A stretch of DNA of 64,000 bases from an uncultured Acidobacteriota bacterium (GTDB lineage: Bacteria; Acidobacteriota; Blastocatellia; RBC074): the NCBI GenBank assembly GCA_963800895.1, contig CAWDDA010000015.1, positions 152,994 through 216,993 of the forward strand. Direction: 5' to 3'. Below, piece after piece: positions 17,374 to 28,458 of the stretch (position 1 is the first letter of the stretch; each line of letters opens with the position of its first letter). The notes beneath the pieces are model-generated. The model had not been told where the DNA came from. It did no database searches and was given only the letters and a program-made list of their open reading frames with translations. Position numbers and translations under genes: made by a program.

Positions 17374-18228
17374 CTAAGCTCCACTAAGTCTGTAGATTCT
17401 GGATGCATTATCTGCAAAGAGCGAGCTGAGATGTTCGGCAGACTCGTTAATCGTGACCTCTTCGAGTGCCTTTACCCAGCGCTCTATACTCGATGCAAGC
17501 GTGCAAACGGGCCAATCGCTGCCGAACATGATGCGGTCCCACCCGAATGACTCGATGATATGAACAATAACTGGACGAAGGTCCTCGGCGTTCCAATTTG
17601 CATGATCTGCCTGTGTCACGATTCCTGAAATCTTACACGCCACGTTCGGCAGTGCCGAAAGTCTGGTAATGTCCGCCCGCCATTGCGATAGCGCTCCTGC
17701 AGAGCTTTCTCCGATTGGCGGATTGCCGCAGTGGTCGAGAATGAACTGGACTCGGGGGGCGCTTTCGACAAGCTCGATCGCCAATGGAAGCTGCCGCGAG
17801 AGCACGCAGATATCAAATGAGAGTCCATACTCGCTGAGTTTGACAACGTTTTCCCTGAAGAGTTGCGATCGTGAAACCTCATCCGGCGCGACATGGAGAA
17901 GGCGGCGAATTCCAATCAGTTTGGGATGACGATGAATCGATTCGATGTAGTCTTCAAAACCAGGTTTCTCGGGACGCGCGGCTGCAACTACACCTGCAAC
18001 GCGGCTCCCCGGACGGGCGGCCATCTCGAGCAAAAACGCGGTCTCGCCTGGTATCGCAGGTTCGTCGACGTCGGCTTCGACAAGAATCGTCTCTTCGATT
18101 CCGAGGTTCCGGACCTCCAGCCAGTAGTCATCAGGCGAGAATGAGCGGTTCAGCGGAGGCTTCGAAACCGTCCAGGAGTAAGGCAACCGCTCGAGGTCCC
18201 AGACGTGCTGGTGGGTGTCAATGATCAT
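17374..18228 (-). CDS. Amidohydrolase-2 family metal-dependent hydrolase (lactonase/decarboxylase-like)
   Basis: The MIIDTHQHVWD N-terminus and FILDHCGNPP are typical of PF04909-type TIM-barrel hydrolases. It sits 3 nt upstream of the dehydrogenase gene, so the two form an operon. Confidence 0.8.
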   Translation of the reverse strand: MIIDTHQHVWDLERLPYSWTVSKPPLNRSFSPDDYWLEVRNLGIEETILVEADVDEPAIPGETAFLLEMAARPGSRVAGVVAAARPEKPGFEDYIESIHRHPKLIGIRRLLHVAPDEVSRSQLFRENVVKLSEYGLSFDICVLSRQLPLAIELVESAPRVQFILDHCGNPPIGESSAGALSQWRADITRLSALPNVACKISGIVTQADHANWNAEDLRPVIVHIIESFGWDRIMFGSDWPVCTLASSIERWVKALEEVTINESAEHLSSLFADNASRIYRLSGA

Positions 18229-18234
18229 AAGAAA

Positions 18235-18358
18235 GTGGTCAGTGGTCGGTGGTCAGTGTTTGGAGTTCAAGCTTTAGCTTGCTCTCGACACGCTCGATCT
18301 CAAGCAGCAAGCTAAAGCTTGAACTCCAAACACTGACCACTGACCACCGACCACTGGC
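18235..18358. repeat. Composite palindrome: GTGGTCR heptamers + family-A core
   Basis: The heptamers GTGGTCA GTGGTCG GTGGTCA lie at 18235-18255. The core arms are TTTGGAGTTCAAGCTTTAGCTTGCT (18259-18283) and AGCAAGCTAAAGCTTGAACTCCAAA (18306-18330). Complementary CACTGAC/CACCGAC heptamers lie at 18331-18358. Confidence 0.9.
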
Positions 18359-18360
18359 CC

Positions 18361-19992
18361 CTACTTCCGCCACGACTTCTGTGATAGCTCTGCTGAGTTG
18401 GGCAATTCGGCTATAGCTCTTTGCAGCTGTATGTCGAGATCATTGGCAAGCCGTTTCATCTCGTCATAACCGTAAGCCCCCCAGAGGACTTCCTGGCGAA
18501 GCTGCTTTCTAGCCCATACCAGTTCTGACTCAACTGCGGCCGGCGTAAGGCCGTAATCAGGATTGTCGGCGAGGAACTTCGTCATGAAGTTCCGGTAAGC
18601 TGCGAGCACGTCGTCGCCTATCCAATAAGGATTGGCCTTAGCTCCCGGCTTGAATGTGATTGCATCGACCTTGTATTTCTCGAGTCCTGCAATTCTCCCG
18701 GCAGTCAGTTCGCGGGCAAACATGAAAAGCCCGTGATAGAGCCTTCCTTGTGCCGGAGTGAAGATTTCTGAACTGGGAACCTTGATATCGGGCTCGATGC
18801 CGCCGCCGCCATAGACTGCGCGGCCAAGATCGGTGCGTTTCTCCTCGCCCTGCGGCTTGGTTTGCGTGACAGCTGACTGAGGATTGTCGCGACGCGAATA
18901 ATACTCAAAGAGGGACCCGCTCGAATAATCACGCTGTATCAGACGGCCGCTGGGTGTGTAGTAGCGAGCTATGGTTAACGTCAGTCCGGAACCGTCCTTG
19001 AGCGGGAAAATGTGCTGGACAAGACCCTTTCCAAAGCTGCTTTCGCCCACAATCAAACCACGATCGTGATCCTGAATCGCACCCGCGACGATCTCTGAGG
19101 CGGATGCTGATTCGCGATCGATCAGGATGACGAGTGGAAAGTTCTCGGTTGCGCCTGATTCAGCGACGATGTTTCGATCGAAGTTCTTTCCTTCGCGACC
19201 GCGAACCGATACGACAACCTGCCCGCGTCCTAGAAACTTGTCAGCGACCTTGATCGCCTGATCGAGATAACCTCCCCGATTCTCGCGAAGGTCAAGGACG
19301 AACGACTTAGCGCCTCTCTCAGTCAAATCCGCCATCGCTCGTGTGAGCTCATCGCTCGTCGTCGAATGGAATCCTCTCGAAAGATTGACATACCCGATAC
19401 CCGGACGAAGTAGGTAGTAGCTTGTAATTGATGGCAGCGAGACCGAGTCTCTTTTGATTGCAACCGTGATCGGCTCCGTGACGCCAGGACGCCGAACAGC
19501 TACATTAACAGTTGTTCCGCGCTCACCGCGAAGCACGTTGCGCACGCGGTCCGAAAGCCACGTCGAGGTGTCCTTGCCGTCTACAGAAACAATGTGGTCA
19601 CCGTAGCGAAGACCTGCACGATATGCGGGCGTGTCCGAAAAGGTCTCAAGAACATAGGTGCCCCGGTTGCGGGGTGCAATCTGTGCTCCGATTCCGAAGT
19701 AATGGCTCCTTTGTTCGGACGTCAATTCGGCGAAGGCTTTTTTGTCGAAATAGCCCGAGTGGGGGTCCAGCACTCGCAACATTCCCTGGATTCCACCTTT
19801 GGTGAGCGTCTCGTAAGGGAGCTCCTCAACGTAGCTCTCCCGAACCACGTTCATGGCAGCTTGAAAATCGCGATAAATGCGAGCCTGCGTGGTCGCTTGA
19901 AAGGCTTCAACCGGCCGGATAGTCAGCGCCGAGGCGGCCAACAACACTGCGGTCAGAATGAGGAACGTCGTCCCAGCTCTGGTTTTACTCAC
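18361..19992 (-). CDS. S41 family C-terminal processing (tail-specific) peptidase with PDZ domain
   Basis: It has a signal peptide and a PDZ-like GDHIVSVDG segment. RENRGGYL, SASASEIVAGA and FGKGLVQ are S41 motifs. Confidence 0.85.
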   Translation of the reverse strand: MSKTRAGTTFLILTAVLLAASALTIRPVEAFQATTQARIYRDFQAAMNVVRESYVEELPYETLTKGGIQGMLRVLDPHSGYFDKKAFAELTSEQRSHYFGIGAQIAPRNRGTYVLETFSDTPAYRAGLRYGDHIVSVDGKDTSTWLSDRVRNVLRGERGTTVNVAVRRPGVTEPITVAIKRDSVSLPSITSYYLLRPGIGYVNLSRGFHSTTSDELTRAMADLTERGAKSFVLDLRENRGGYLDQAIKVADKFLGRGQVVVSVRGREGKNFDRNIVAESGATENFPLVILIDRESASASEIVAGAIQDHDRGLIVGESSFGKGLVQHIFPLKDGSGLTLTIARYYTPSGRLIQRDYSSGSLFEYYSRRDNPQSAVTQTKPQGEEKRTDLGRAVYGGGGIEPDIKVPSSEIFTPAQGRLYHGLFMFARELTAGRIAGLEKYKVDAITFKPGAKANPYWIGDDVLAAYRNFMTKFLADNPDYGLTPAAVESELVWARKQLRQEVLWGAYGYDEMKRLANDLDIQLQRAIAELPNSAELSQKSWRK

Positions 19993-20056
19993 CTTCTCCT
20001 CCTGTTCTACTCAGCACTCCGTACTCTGCACCTCCTATTATATAGGATCTGGGCCG

Positions 20057-21403
20057 CTACCTCGACGTGAAGAGTGCCTTGTCGATCTGCGAAGCACTTC
20101 CGACCACTGCAAACCGGAAATTGCGCAAATAAGTCCGCGAAACGCGCTGCACGTCCTCAGGTGTCACCTTGCGTACTTCGTCAATCCAGCCGAGCGCACC
20201 CTTCCATCCGCCACCGAGGAGTTCGTATTCTGCAAATCTGGCGATCTGCGCGTCATTCGTCTCGAGCTTTGTGTAATAGGTCGTCAGAAATCCGCCGACA
20301 ATCGGTTTCAGGCCCTCAGGAAGAATCACCTGTCGTTCGAGGAATTCTATCTGATCAAACATGACTCTCAGCGTCTCGTTTGGTTTGGCCGTGGTCACCG
20401 AAATAAAGCCTGAGTTTGCACCCTGCGAGAGCAGCGTTGCATCGGCGCCGTAGGACAGGTTCCGTTTGACCCGCACCTCCTGAAAGAAAAGCTGTTGGAG
20501 GATGTTGATCGCAATAGTCATTGCAGGGTAGTCAGGATGATTGAGCGGCGGCGCAACAAAGACTCCCCTGATATACGTGGTCGCAACCTGACGGTCGGTG
20601 ATCCGGAGTTCCGGCTTATCCGACTTTACAAATGCGGGCAGCACTTCTTCCTGGTAATTTCCGCGAGGGATCTTGCCGAAGCTCGTTTCTGCTTTTCGCT
20701 TCACGTCGTCGAGAGTGATATTGCCGCCGGCGACCAGAAGCATTCGCGATGTCTGAAAGTGATCGGAATAGTATTGCCGAACCTTCTCCGCCGTCAGACT
20801 GGTCACTGACTCGATCGTTCCTGCAGGTGAATTCGAGTACGGATGCGACCTGAAGAGAAGCCGGTTGCTCTCGAGAGCGACGACAGATTCGGCGACGTCA
20901 TTCTCCTGCCGGAGAGCGTTGACCAGCTGATCCTTAAAGAGGTCGACTTCCTGAGGCTCGAAGAGAGGATTGAGAACAATGTCGGAGAATATCTGCCACG
21001 AGCGGTCGAAATGCTGGCGCACGCACCGCATAGCAAGGACACTGAAGTCGTATCCGCCGCTCGATTCGATTACCGTTCCCATCTTCGCGAGCTCGCGATT
21101 GATCGCGCCTTTGGAAAACCCTTTCGATCCGTTTTGCGCCACCTCGAGCATGATCGTTTCAATGCCGGCATTCTGCGGACCGAAGTTTCTCACTCCACCT
21201 CTGAAATAGAGGCGAACGGCGATGACTTCATTGCCTTCGACCCGATGATGTATCACCTTGAGGCCGTTCGTCGTTGAGAACTCGGTCGGGCCTGTCTGGA
21301 CCGGGACCGGAGCCTGTGCAGCGGCTGGAGCCTGTGCGAGAGCCCCCGCAGGGATAAGAATGAGAAGGGCAACGTGAAGAATTGCAGCTCGTACTGCTTT
21401 CAT
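20057..21403 (-). CDS. M16 family peptidase-like protein (probably the non-catalytic partner)
   Basis: It has a signal peptide and insulinase-like two-domain length. It lacks an HxxEH motif and lies adjacent to an HxxEH-containing M16 gene. Confidence 0.75.
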   Translation of the reverse strand: MKAVRAAILHVALLILIPAGALAQAPAAAQAPVPVQTGPTEFSTTNGLKVIHHRVEGNEVIAVRLYFRGGVRNFGPQNAGIETIMLEVAQNGSKGFSKGAINRELAKMGTVIESSGGYDFSVLAMRCVRQHFDRSWQIFSDIVLNPLFEPQEVDLFKDQLVNALRQENDVAESVVALESNRLLFRSHPYSNSPAGTIESVTSLTAEKVRQYYSDHFQTSRMLLVAGGNITLDDVKRKAETSFGKIPRGNYQEEVLPAFVKSDKPELRITDRQVATTYIRGVFVAPPLNHPDYPAMTIAINILQQLFFQEVRVKRNLSYGADATLLSQGANSGFISVTTAKPNETLRVMFDQIEFLERQVILPEGLKPIVGGFLTTYYTKLETNDAQIARFAEYELLGGGWKGALGWIDEVRKVTPEDVQRVSRTYLRNFRFAVVGSASQIDKALFTSR

Positions 21404-21424
21404 TAGATATTGATTCCCGTTCGG

Positions 21425-22978
21425 TTAGTTTCGTCGTTTTTGAACCGCAGGCGCAGGCTTTGCAGGCTTCGCGGTCACCGGGGTCATTCGGATTGTCGGG
21501 CACGCAGGTGCCACCTTGAGCTTGGTCACCGTCCCTTGCCGTTTCAGGAGGTCTTCGCGTTTCAGACCCACACGTGCCTGGTCTTCAGCTGATATCATGA
21601 CGCCTACAACACGGGGCCGGTTCTTGATGTATTTATCCACATAGCACTTGATATCAGCTCGCGTCACAGCCTTCACGGCGTCGACGTACTTAGAGTAATA
21701 GTCCAGACCCGAGCTTGCCCACCAGAAGCTCACCGTATGAGCGTACTCTGAGGGCTTCTCGCGGTCATACGTCTCGTTGACCTCGAGCAACGTCTTCGCA
21801 CTTTCGAGCTGCTCGTCCGTAATGTAATCGGGTGAATCGAACTTTTCTATCTCAGCGTTGATCGCATCCAGAGCACTTTTCACCTTTTCAGGAGTCGTCT
21901 GCGCACTGATTGAGATTGGACCGACGTTGCGTTGCGTATAGTAATTGATTCCAACTCCGGTCGTGATCCCGGAATCAATGAGCGTGCGCGAGAATTTGGA
22001 ATCGGGCTGGTTGACGATAAACGAAAATACGTCCGCCGTGTATGTTGCCGGCTCATCAATGTCAGTTGACGGACCATGATACGACACTTGCAGCGTCACG
22101 GCCTGGACTGGTTGATTCACTATCACTGCCTCATCAGCCTCGAGAACCGGATGCCGTGGTACAGGCTCAGCGGAGAATGGATCAGCACCTCTCGGCCAGT
22201 CTCCAAAGATCTCCTGAGCAAGTCTGAACACTTCCGTCGCGCTAACATCTCCCGACGCTACAAGCGCCGCATTGTTGGGATGGTAGAACTTCCTGCGGAT
22301 CGTCTGCATCATCTCAGGAGTGGCGCTTGAGACCGTCTCGCGGCTCCCGCCGGGATTCTTGCGTGATTGGTACTTGTACCACAGCCGGTCATCCATCGAT
22401 CGTATGAGATAGTAGAAGGGATTTGACAGCTGTCTCGAGAGCTCATCGAGCACGACTTCGATCTCCTGATCAAGCTCGCGTTTGTCGAAGAGTGGATAAC
22501 GGATTGAATCCTTCATGAGCATCATTGCTTCGCGCAGCCCGGTCTTTACGGAAGTTGTGTAATAGGTGACAACCTCCTCGCGCGTCTGTGCATTCTGCAT
22601 CATGCCCAGGTCTTCAACCTTGTCGAGATAACCTTCATCCTTCGAGCGCTCATTCGATTTGAAAAACATGTGCTCGTAGAGGTGCGACAACCCGTTGTAT
22701 TCGGGCGGCTCGGTGTATGCGCCATTCTTGACCGCGATTTCGACGGTTACCATTGGCACCGAACGGTTCTCAATGACTATTACCTCGAGACCGTTGCGGA
22801 GAGTCGTGCGCTTCCACTCGGGCTTCGCAAAGGAGATGAGACTAAGTCCGCAAACAACAACCAGAACTGCGGCTGTTGAGCGAACCAATCGGTAGGATAT
22901 TCTCCTGGTGATCGGTGTTTGTTGGTCGGTGGTCGGTGTCATTGTTACTTTCTTTCCGTGCTGTCGTCCATTGAGCAT
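21425..22978 (-). CDS. M16 family zinc peptidase (pitrilysin/insulinase-like)
   Basis: The HLYEH (HxxEH) zinc motif follows NGLEV...VKNGAYTEP. 517 aa. The N-terminal TM or signal segment is AAVLVVVCGLSLISFA. Confidence 0.8.
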   Translation of the reverse strand: MLNGRQHGKKVTMTPTTDQQTPITRRISYRLVRSTAAVLVVVCGLSLISFAKPEWKRTTLRNGLEVIVIENRSVPMVTVEIAVKNGAYTEPPEYNGLSHLYEHMFFKSNERSKDEGYLDKVEDLGMMQNAQTREEVVTYYTTSVKTGLREAMMLMKDSIRYPLFDKRELDQEIEVVLDELSRQLSNPFYYLIRSMDDRLWYKYQSRKNPGGSRETVSSATPEMMQTIRRKFYHPNNAALVASGDVSATEVFRLAQEIFGDWPRGADPFSAEPVPRHPVLEADEAVIVNQPVQAVTLQVSYHGPSTDIDEPATYTADVFSFIVNQPDSKFSRTLIDSGITTGVGINYYTQRNVGPISISAQTTPEKVKSALDAINAEIEKFDSPDYITDEQLESAKTLLEVNETYDREKPSEYAHTVSFWWASSGLDYYSKYVDAVKAVTRADIKCYVDKYIKNRPRVVGVMISAEDQARVGLKREDLLKRQGTVTKLKVAPACPTIRMTPVTAKPAKPAPAVQKRRN

Positions 22979-23044
22979 CTGCGAATATTAAGAAGCTCTC
23001 CAGGCGATCAGGTTTGTCAGGGGGAAGGCTTTCTTGAGATTGAT

Positions 23045-23842
23045 CTACCGCCAGAACGCAAACCAGCTCTTCGTTTTCTTGCGACCCGCCAGTGCATCCA
23101 GATCAGGATCCAGCTGATAGGGAATCGCCCGGTCTTCGATGAGCGCCTGTGGATTCTCTTCAACCAACGCACGAGCGTATTCGGAGCCGACAATTTCGCT
23201 TGCGATCGCGACGGCTTGCGAAAGATTGGGTCTACGCCGGTCCTGGTGATGCGCATCAGTTGCCATGAAGTGCGCCATCCCCGCTTCGAGGATCCGCTTC
23301 GCAGTCTGATAAGACTCCATCCCGAAACTCTTGGTCAGGCTTCCTGCGTCGATCTGTGAAAAAGCTCCGCGCTCGATCAGAGTTGCGAGCACTTCCGGGC
23401 TTCTTTGAATTTTTTTGTTTCGCTCGGGATGCGCGATCACCGGTGTGATTCCGGCATTAAGCATCTCGAAGACGGTTATTTCGATGTTCGCAGGCACCAT
23501 GTCAAATGCGAACTCCAGAAGCATATACGAAGTGCCATTCAGTTTGATTCGTGTATTCGGTAACGCCGCTTCCTGGAATATCTCATGGCTATAACGGACC
23601 TCGCCCCCGGGAACGAGCTCAATGATCCCATTCGTCGCTGCCTTTACCTGTGTGATTCGCTCCAGAATCGTATCGCGTGTGGGCGTATGATGAACACCAT
23701 CAAACATGTGAGGCGTCGCTATTATTACTTTGATCCCGTCCTCTGCCGCTGCCCTGCACATCGCCACAGACTCATCAATCGAAAGTGATCCGTCGTCTGT
23801 CGCCGGCAGAATGTGGCAGTGAATATCAACCATCCCGGCCAT
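23045..23842 (-). CDS. CpsB/CapC-type PHP-family protein-tyrosine phosphatase
   Basis: MVDIHCHILPATDDG...IIATPHM...AHPERN...TDAHH are the metal-binding motifs of the capsular polysaccharide tyrosine phosphatase family. Confidence 0.75.
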   Translation of the reverse strand: MAGMVDIHCHILPATDDGSLSIDESVAMCRAAAEDGIKVIIATPHMFDGVHHTPTRDTILERITQVKAATNGIIELVPGGEVRYSHEIFQEAALPNTRIKLNGTSYMLLEFAFDMVPANIEITVFEMLNAGITPVIAHPERNKKIQRSPEVLATLIERGAFSQIDAGSLTKSFGMESYQTAKRILEAGMAHFMATDAHHQDRRRPNLSQAVAIASEIVGSEYARALVEENPQALIEDRAIPYQLDPDLDALAGRKKTKSWFAFWR

Positions 23843-23889
23843 AGATCCCCCGAAACTCTTCCTTATCTTCTTAATAAGCCAATCTCCAT

Positions 23890-23918
23890 ATTATCAGTGA
23901 TGTAGCGTGCTCGTTCAA
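23890..23918 (-). promoter_or_regulatory. Candidate sigma-70-type promoter for the CpsB-like gene
   Basis: The minus strand reads TTGAAC-N17-GATAAT, about 45 nt upstream of the ATG. Confidence 0.3.
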
Positions 23919-24241
23919 GTAAGCAAGTTGTAACACTTTCAGGCGGATTCCTTCGCTCGAAGACCGAGGAGCATCATTTTGACACGCGCAAGCTTGTTAA
24001 ATTAACTGTCTTGTATCATCCTGAACCGCCACCGGTGTTCAGCGCGTATCTGAGCCCAATTTGACTCAAAATAGACCTGCGCGCCGTTTGCAAATGTGAC
24101 CCTTGTCGGCTAAACTCAGACATTCCGTGCCTTGCTGAGCGAACAGTGGGTGTTTTTAAATCCTGTATTTGCTTTAACTTGCAAGCGACGTCACATTCTC
24201 ACCGTCGAAAAACGCAGATTTTGACGCGGAACGAGCAGAAG

Positions 24242-24257
24242 TGGCCCACGGATCGCA
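24242..24257 (+). promoter_or_regulatory. Candidate sigma-54 (-24/-12) promoter element upstream of the radical-SAM gene
   Basis: TGGCCCACGGATCGCA places GG and GC at the canonical spacing of TGGCACG-N4-TTGCW. It lies about 245 nt upstream of ATG 24503. A sigma-54 activator is encoded in the window at 34684. Confidence 0.25.
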
Positions 24258-24502
24258 TGAGAGAGTAGTTTTGATAGAGGTACTCACTTCCGAGTAAAGA
24301 GAAAAGGCACCTTGAGGGGTTATTCTCACACCTCCGAGGATCAATTTGGAAGGTGAGCATCATCGCCATCAATCAAGTCGGACTACAAACAATACTTTTG
24401 CAGTTGATTTAAGCCAACCTGACGAATTCGAAAGTCTCTGGGAGAAAACCGCCGGTGAGGCGGATTCTTTCGATTCGTACAGCGAGGGGAGAGACAAAAA
24501 AA

Positions 24503-26536
<2,034 letters not shown>

Positions 26537-26573
26537 TTTTTGTTCAACAGCAGGTATCACCCGTACTCTAAAC

Positions 26574-26606
26574 ACGGCTGCTTCGAAAGGAGCAGCCGTT
26601 GTTTTT
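26574..26606 (+). terminator. Canonical Rho-independent terminator of the radical-SAM gene
   Basis: A perfect 9-bp stem ACGGCTGCT/AGCAGCCGT with an 8-nt loop, followed by TGTTTTT. Confidence 0.75.
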
Positions 26607-26610
26607 AAGG

Positions 26611-26755
26611 AAGGTGCTGAGTGCTGGAAGAAGGTGCTGATATGTTGCAGTGCTGAGTGCTGAGTATTTCAAGCGTTGGTTTGTTCTCAACATCCAAGCT
26701 TGCATGAACAAGATGAAAGCATGAACTCAAAACTCAGCACTCAGCACTCAGCAAT
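26611..26755. repeat. Composite palindrome with TGCTGAG heptamers and a degenerate family-A-like core
   Basis: GGTGCTGAGTGCTGG...GTGCTGAGTGCTGAGTA forms the left side, and CTCAGCA x3 (26733-26753) the right. The degenerate central core is TTTCAAGCGTTGG...GCATGAACTCAAAA. Confidence 0.8.
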
Positions 26756-26818
26756 GTACAAACGTGATTTGTCGTAGACTATCCAAAACACCCAAGCACC
26801 CAAGAGGAGGATCCACAG

Positions 26819-28132
26819 ATGAATCGGAGAAGTTTTATTGCTTCCACTGGAGCGGCCGCGGCTGGAACGGCGCTCGGCAGTCTAAACGCCAAAAGTGCAA
26901 ACGACACAGTCCGTGTAGCAGTAGTTGGCTTCAGAGGACAAGGCGGAACTCACATTCGAAATTATCTGCGGATGCCGAACGTCGAGGTTGCTGCTCTGTG
27001 CGACGTTGATGCGAGCGTCGTTGCAAAGGCGGTCGCCGATATAGAAAAGGCGGGCGCAAAGAAGCCAGCAACTTTCACCGACATGCGCAAGCTTCTCGAG
27101 GACAAAACGATCGATGCGATCTCGATAGCGTCGCCAAATCACTGGCATTCGCTAATGGGGATATGGGCCTGTCAGGCGGGCAAGGATGTCTACGTCGAGA
27201 AGCCGTGCTCCCACACTTTCTGGGAAGGCCGAAAACTTGTCGAGGCGGCGAGGAAATACGATCGTATAGTCCAGCACGGTACCAACAGCCGCTCTTCAGT
27301 CGCACTGCGCGAAGCGATGCAACTTCTCAATGAGGGCGTGATCGGTGATGTCTATATGGCTCGCGGTCTTTGCTACAAGTGGCGGGATACGATCGGGAAG
27401 AAGCCGGACGGACCCGTCCCCGAAGGCGTCGATTACGATCTGTGGCTGGGTCCGGCACCGAAAAAGCCGTTCAATCCGAATCGTTTTCATTACAACTGGC
27501 ACTGGAACTGGGACTACGGAAATGGAGACCTCGGCAATCAGGGTATCCACGAGATGGACATTTGCCGATGGGGTCTCGGAGTGACGCTTCCCACTAAGGC
27601 ATACTCGAGTGGCGCTCACTTTATGTTTGAGGACGATCAGCAGACGCCAAACACGCAGATTGCGACGCTCGATTTCGATAAGAATGGCAAGAAGGCAATG
27701 ATCGTCTTCGAGGTGCGTCACTGGATTTCGAACCACGAGGCTGGAATTGGTGAGGGCAAGGAGCGGTTTGATCCAAATACGATAGGGAATATCTTTTACG
27801 GTTCAAAGGGCTACATGGCCATCGATGGTTACACATCTTATAAAGTATTCCTGGGCAAGGAGCAGCAGCCCGGCCCTACCAACACCAAGGGTGGCAGCAC
27901 CTGGGCGAACTTTATCGATGCCGTAAGAAGCCGCAAACGAACTGACCTTCACGCAGAGATTGAAGAAGGGCATCGCTCATCAGCGCTTGTGCACCTGGCG
28001 AACATATCCTATCGCCTCGGGCGCGCGATCAATTTTGATCCGGCAAAAGAGGTGATTGCTGGAGACGCGGAGGCATCCAGGATGTTACGCCGCGAGTATC
28101 GAACTCCATTTGCAGTGCCGGAGAAAGTGTGA
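26819..28132 (+). CDS. Tat-exported Gfo/Idh/MocA family oxidoreductase
   Basis: The twin-arginine signal is MNRRSFIASTGAAAAG. The Rossmann segment is VRVAVVGFRGQGGTH. EKP and the C-terminal dimerisation domain are typical of the family. Confidence 0.85.
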   Translation: MNRRSFIASTGAAAAGTALGSLNAKSANDTVRVAVVGFRGQGGTHIRNYLRMPNVEVAALCDVDASVVAKAVADIEKAGAKKPATFTDMRKLLEDKTIDAISIASPNHWHSLMGIWACQAGKDVYVEKPCSHTFWEGRKLVEAARKYDRIVQHGTNSRSSVALREAMQLLNEGVIGDVYMARGLCYKWRDTIGKKPDGPVPEGVDYDLWLGPAPKKPFNPNRFHYNWHWNWDYGNGDLGNQGIHEMDICRWGLGVTLPTKAYSSGAHFMFEDDQQTPNTQIATLDFDKNGKKAMIVFEVRHWISNHEAGIGEGKERFDPNTIGNIFYGSKGYMAIDGYTSYKVFLGKEQQPGPTNTKGGSTWANFIDAVRSRKRTDLHAEIEEGHRSSALVHLANISYRLGRAINFDPAKEVIAGDAEASRMLRREYRTPFAVPEKV

Positions 28133-28182
28133 GATGCGCTGCTCCGATGCCCACTCGAGTTTGGCCACTTAGCAATGATCGA

Positions 28183-28382
28183 CTGACGCCGGAGGCGTCA
28201 AGGATCGTAGCCAGGGGTTGAGTCTTCGAAAACCCCTGGTTGCATTGTGAGAGGAATAGTGCATCCCGGAGGGATGCGAGAAACGATCTGGTGAAACCTG
28301 GTCGTCTTTTCTCGCATCCCTCCGGGATGCAATTGGTAAATGGAATCGATCCAGGGGTTTTCGAAGACTCAACCCCTGGCTA
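28183..28382. repeat. Nested double palindrome (MITE-like, ~200 bp)
   Basis: The outer 33-nt arms lie at 28206-28238 and 28350-28382 (GTAGCCAGGGGTTGAGTCTTCGAAAACCCCTGG and its complement). The inner arms lie at 28260-28282 and 28307-28329 (GCATCCCGGAGGGATGCGAGAAA and its complement). Every arm is itself a mini-hairpin. An extra hairpin TGACGCCGGAGGCGTCA lies at 28183-28199. Confidence 0.9.
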
Positions 28383-28458
28383 CGTTCTCGCACCGCTCCG
28401 CGGTGATTGCGCTGCGGATATTCTTTCCCTTTCGTTCCTTCCGCGATAACATCCGCAG

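Noticed and set aside
20057-22978. The M16 peptidase pair plus the neighbouring S41 peptidase as a RiPP/PQQ-like maturation system
   Set aside because: No precursor peptide ORF, radical-SAM maturase or transporter is adjacent. Both M16 proteins carry signal peptides, which is consistent with ordinary periplasmic processing peptidases.
23843-24454. The 610-bp non-coding region as a riboswitch or structured ncRNA
   Set aside because: I could not recognise any known riboswitch core (B12 box, TPP, SAM, glycine, c-di-GMP motifs), and only short 5-6-bp hairpins are visible. I kept only promoter candidates at low confidence. A covariance-model scan would be needed.
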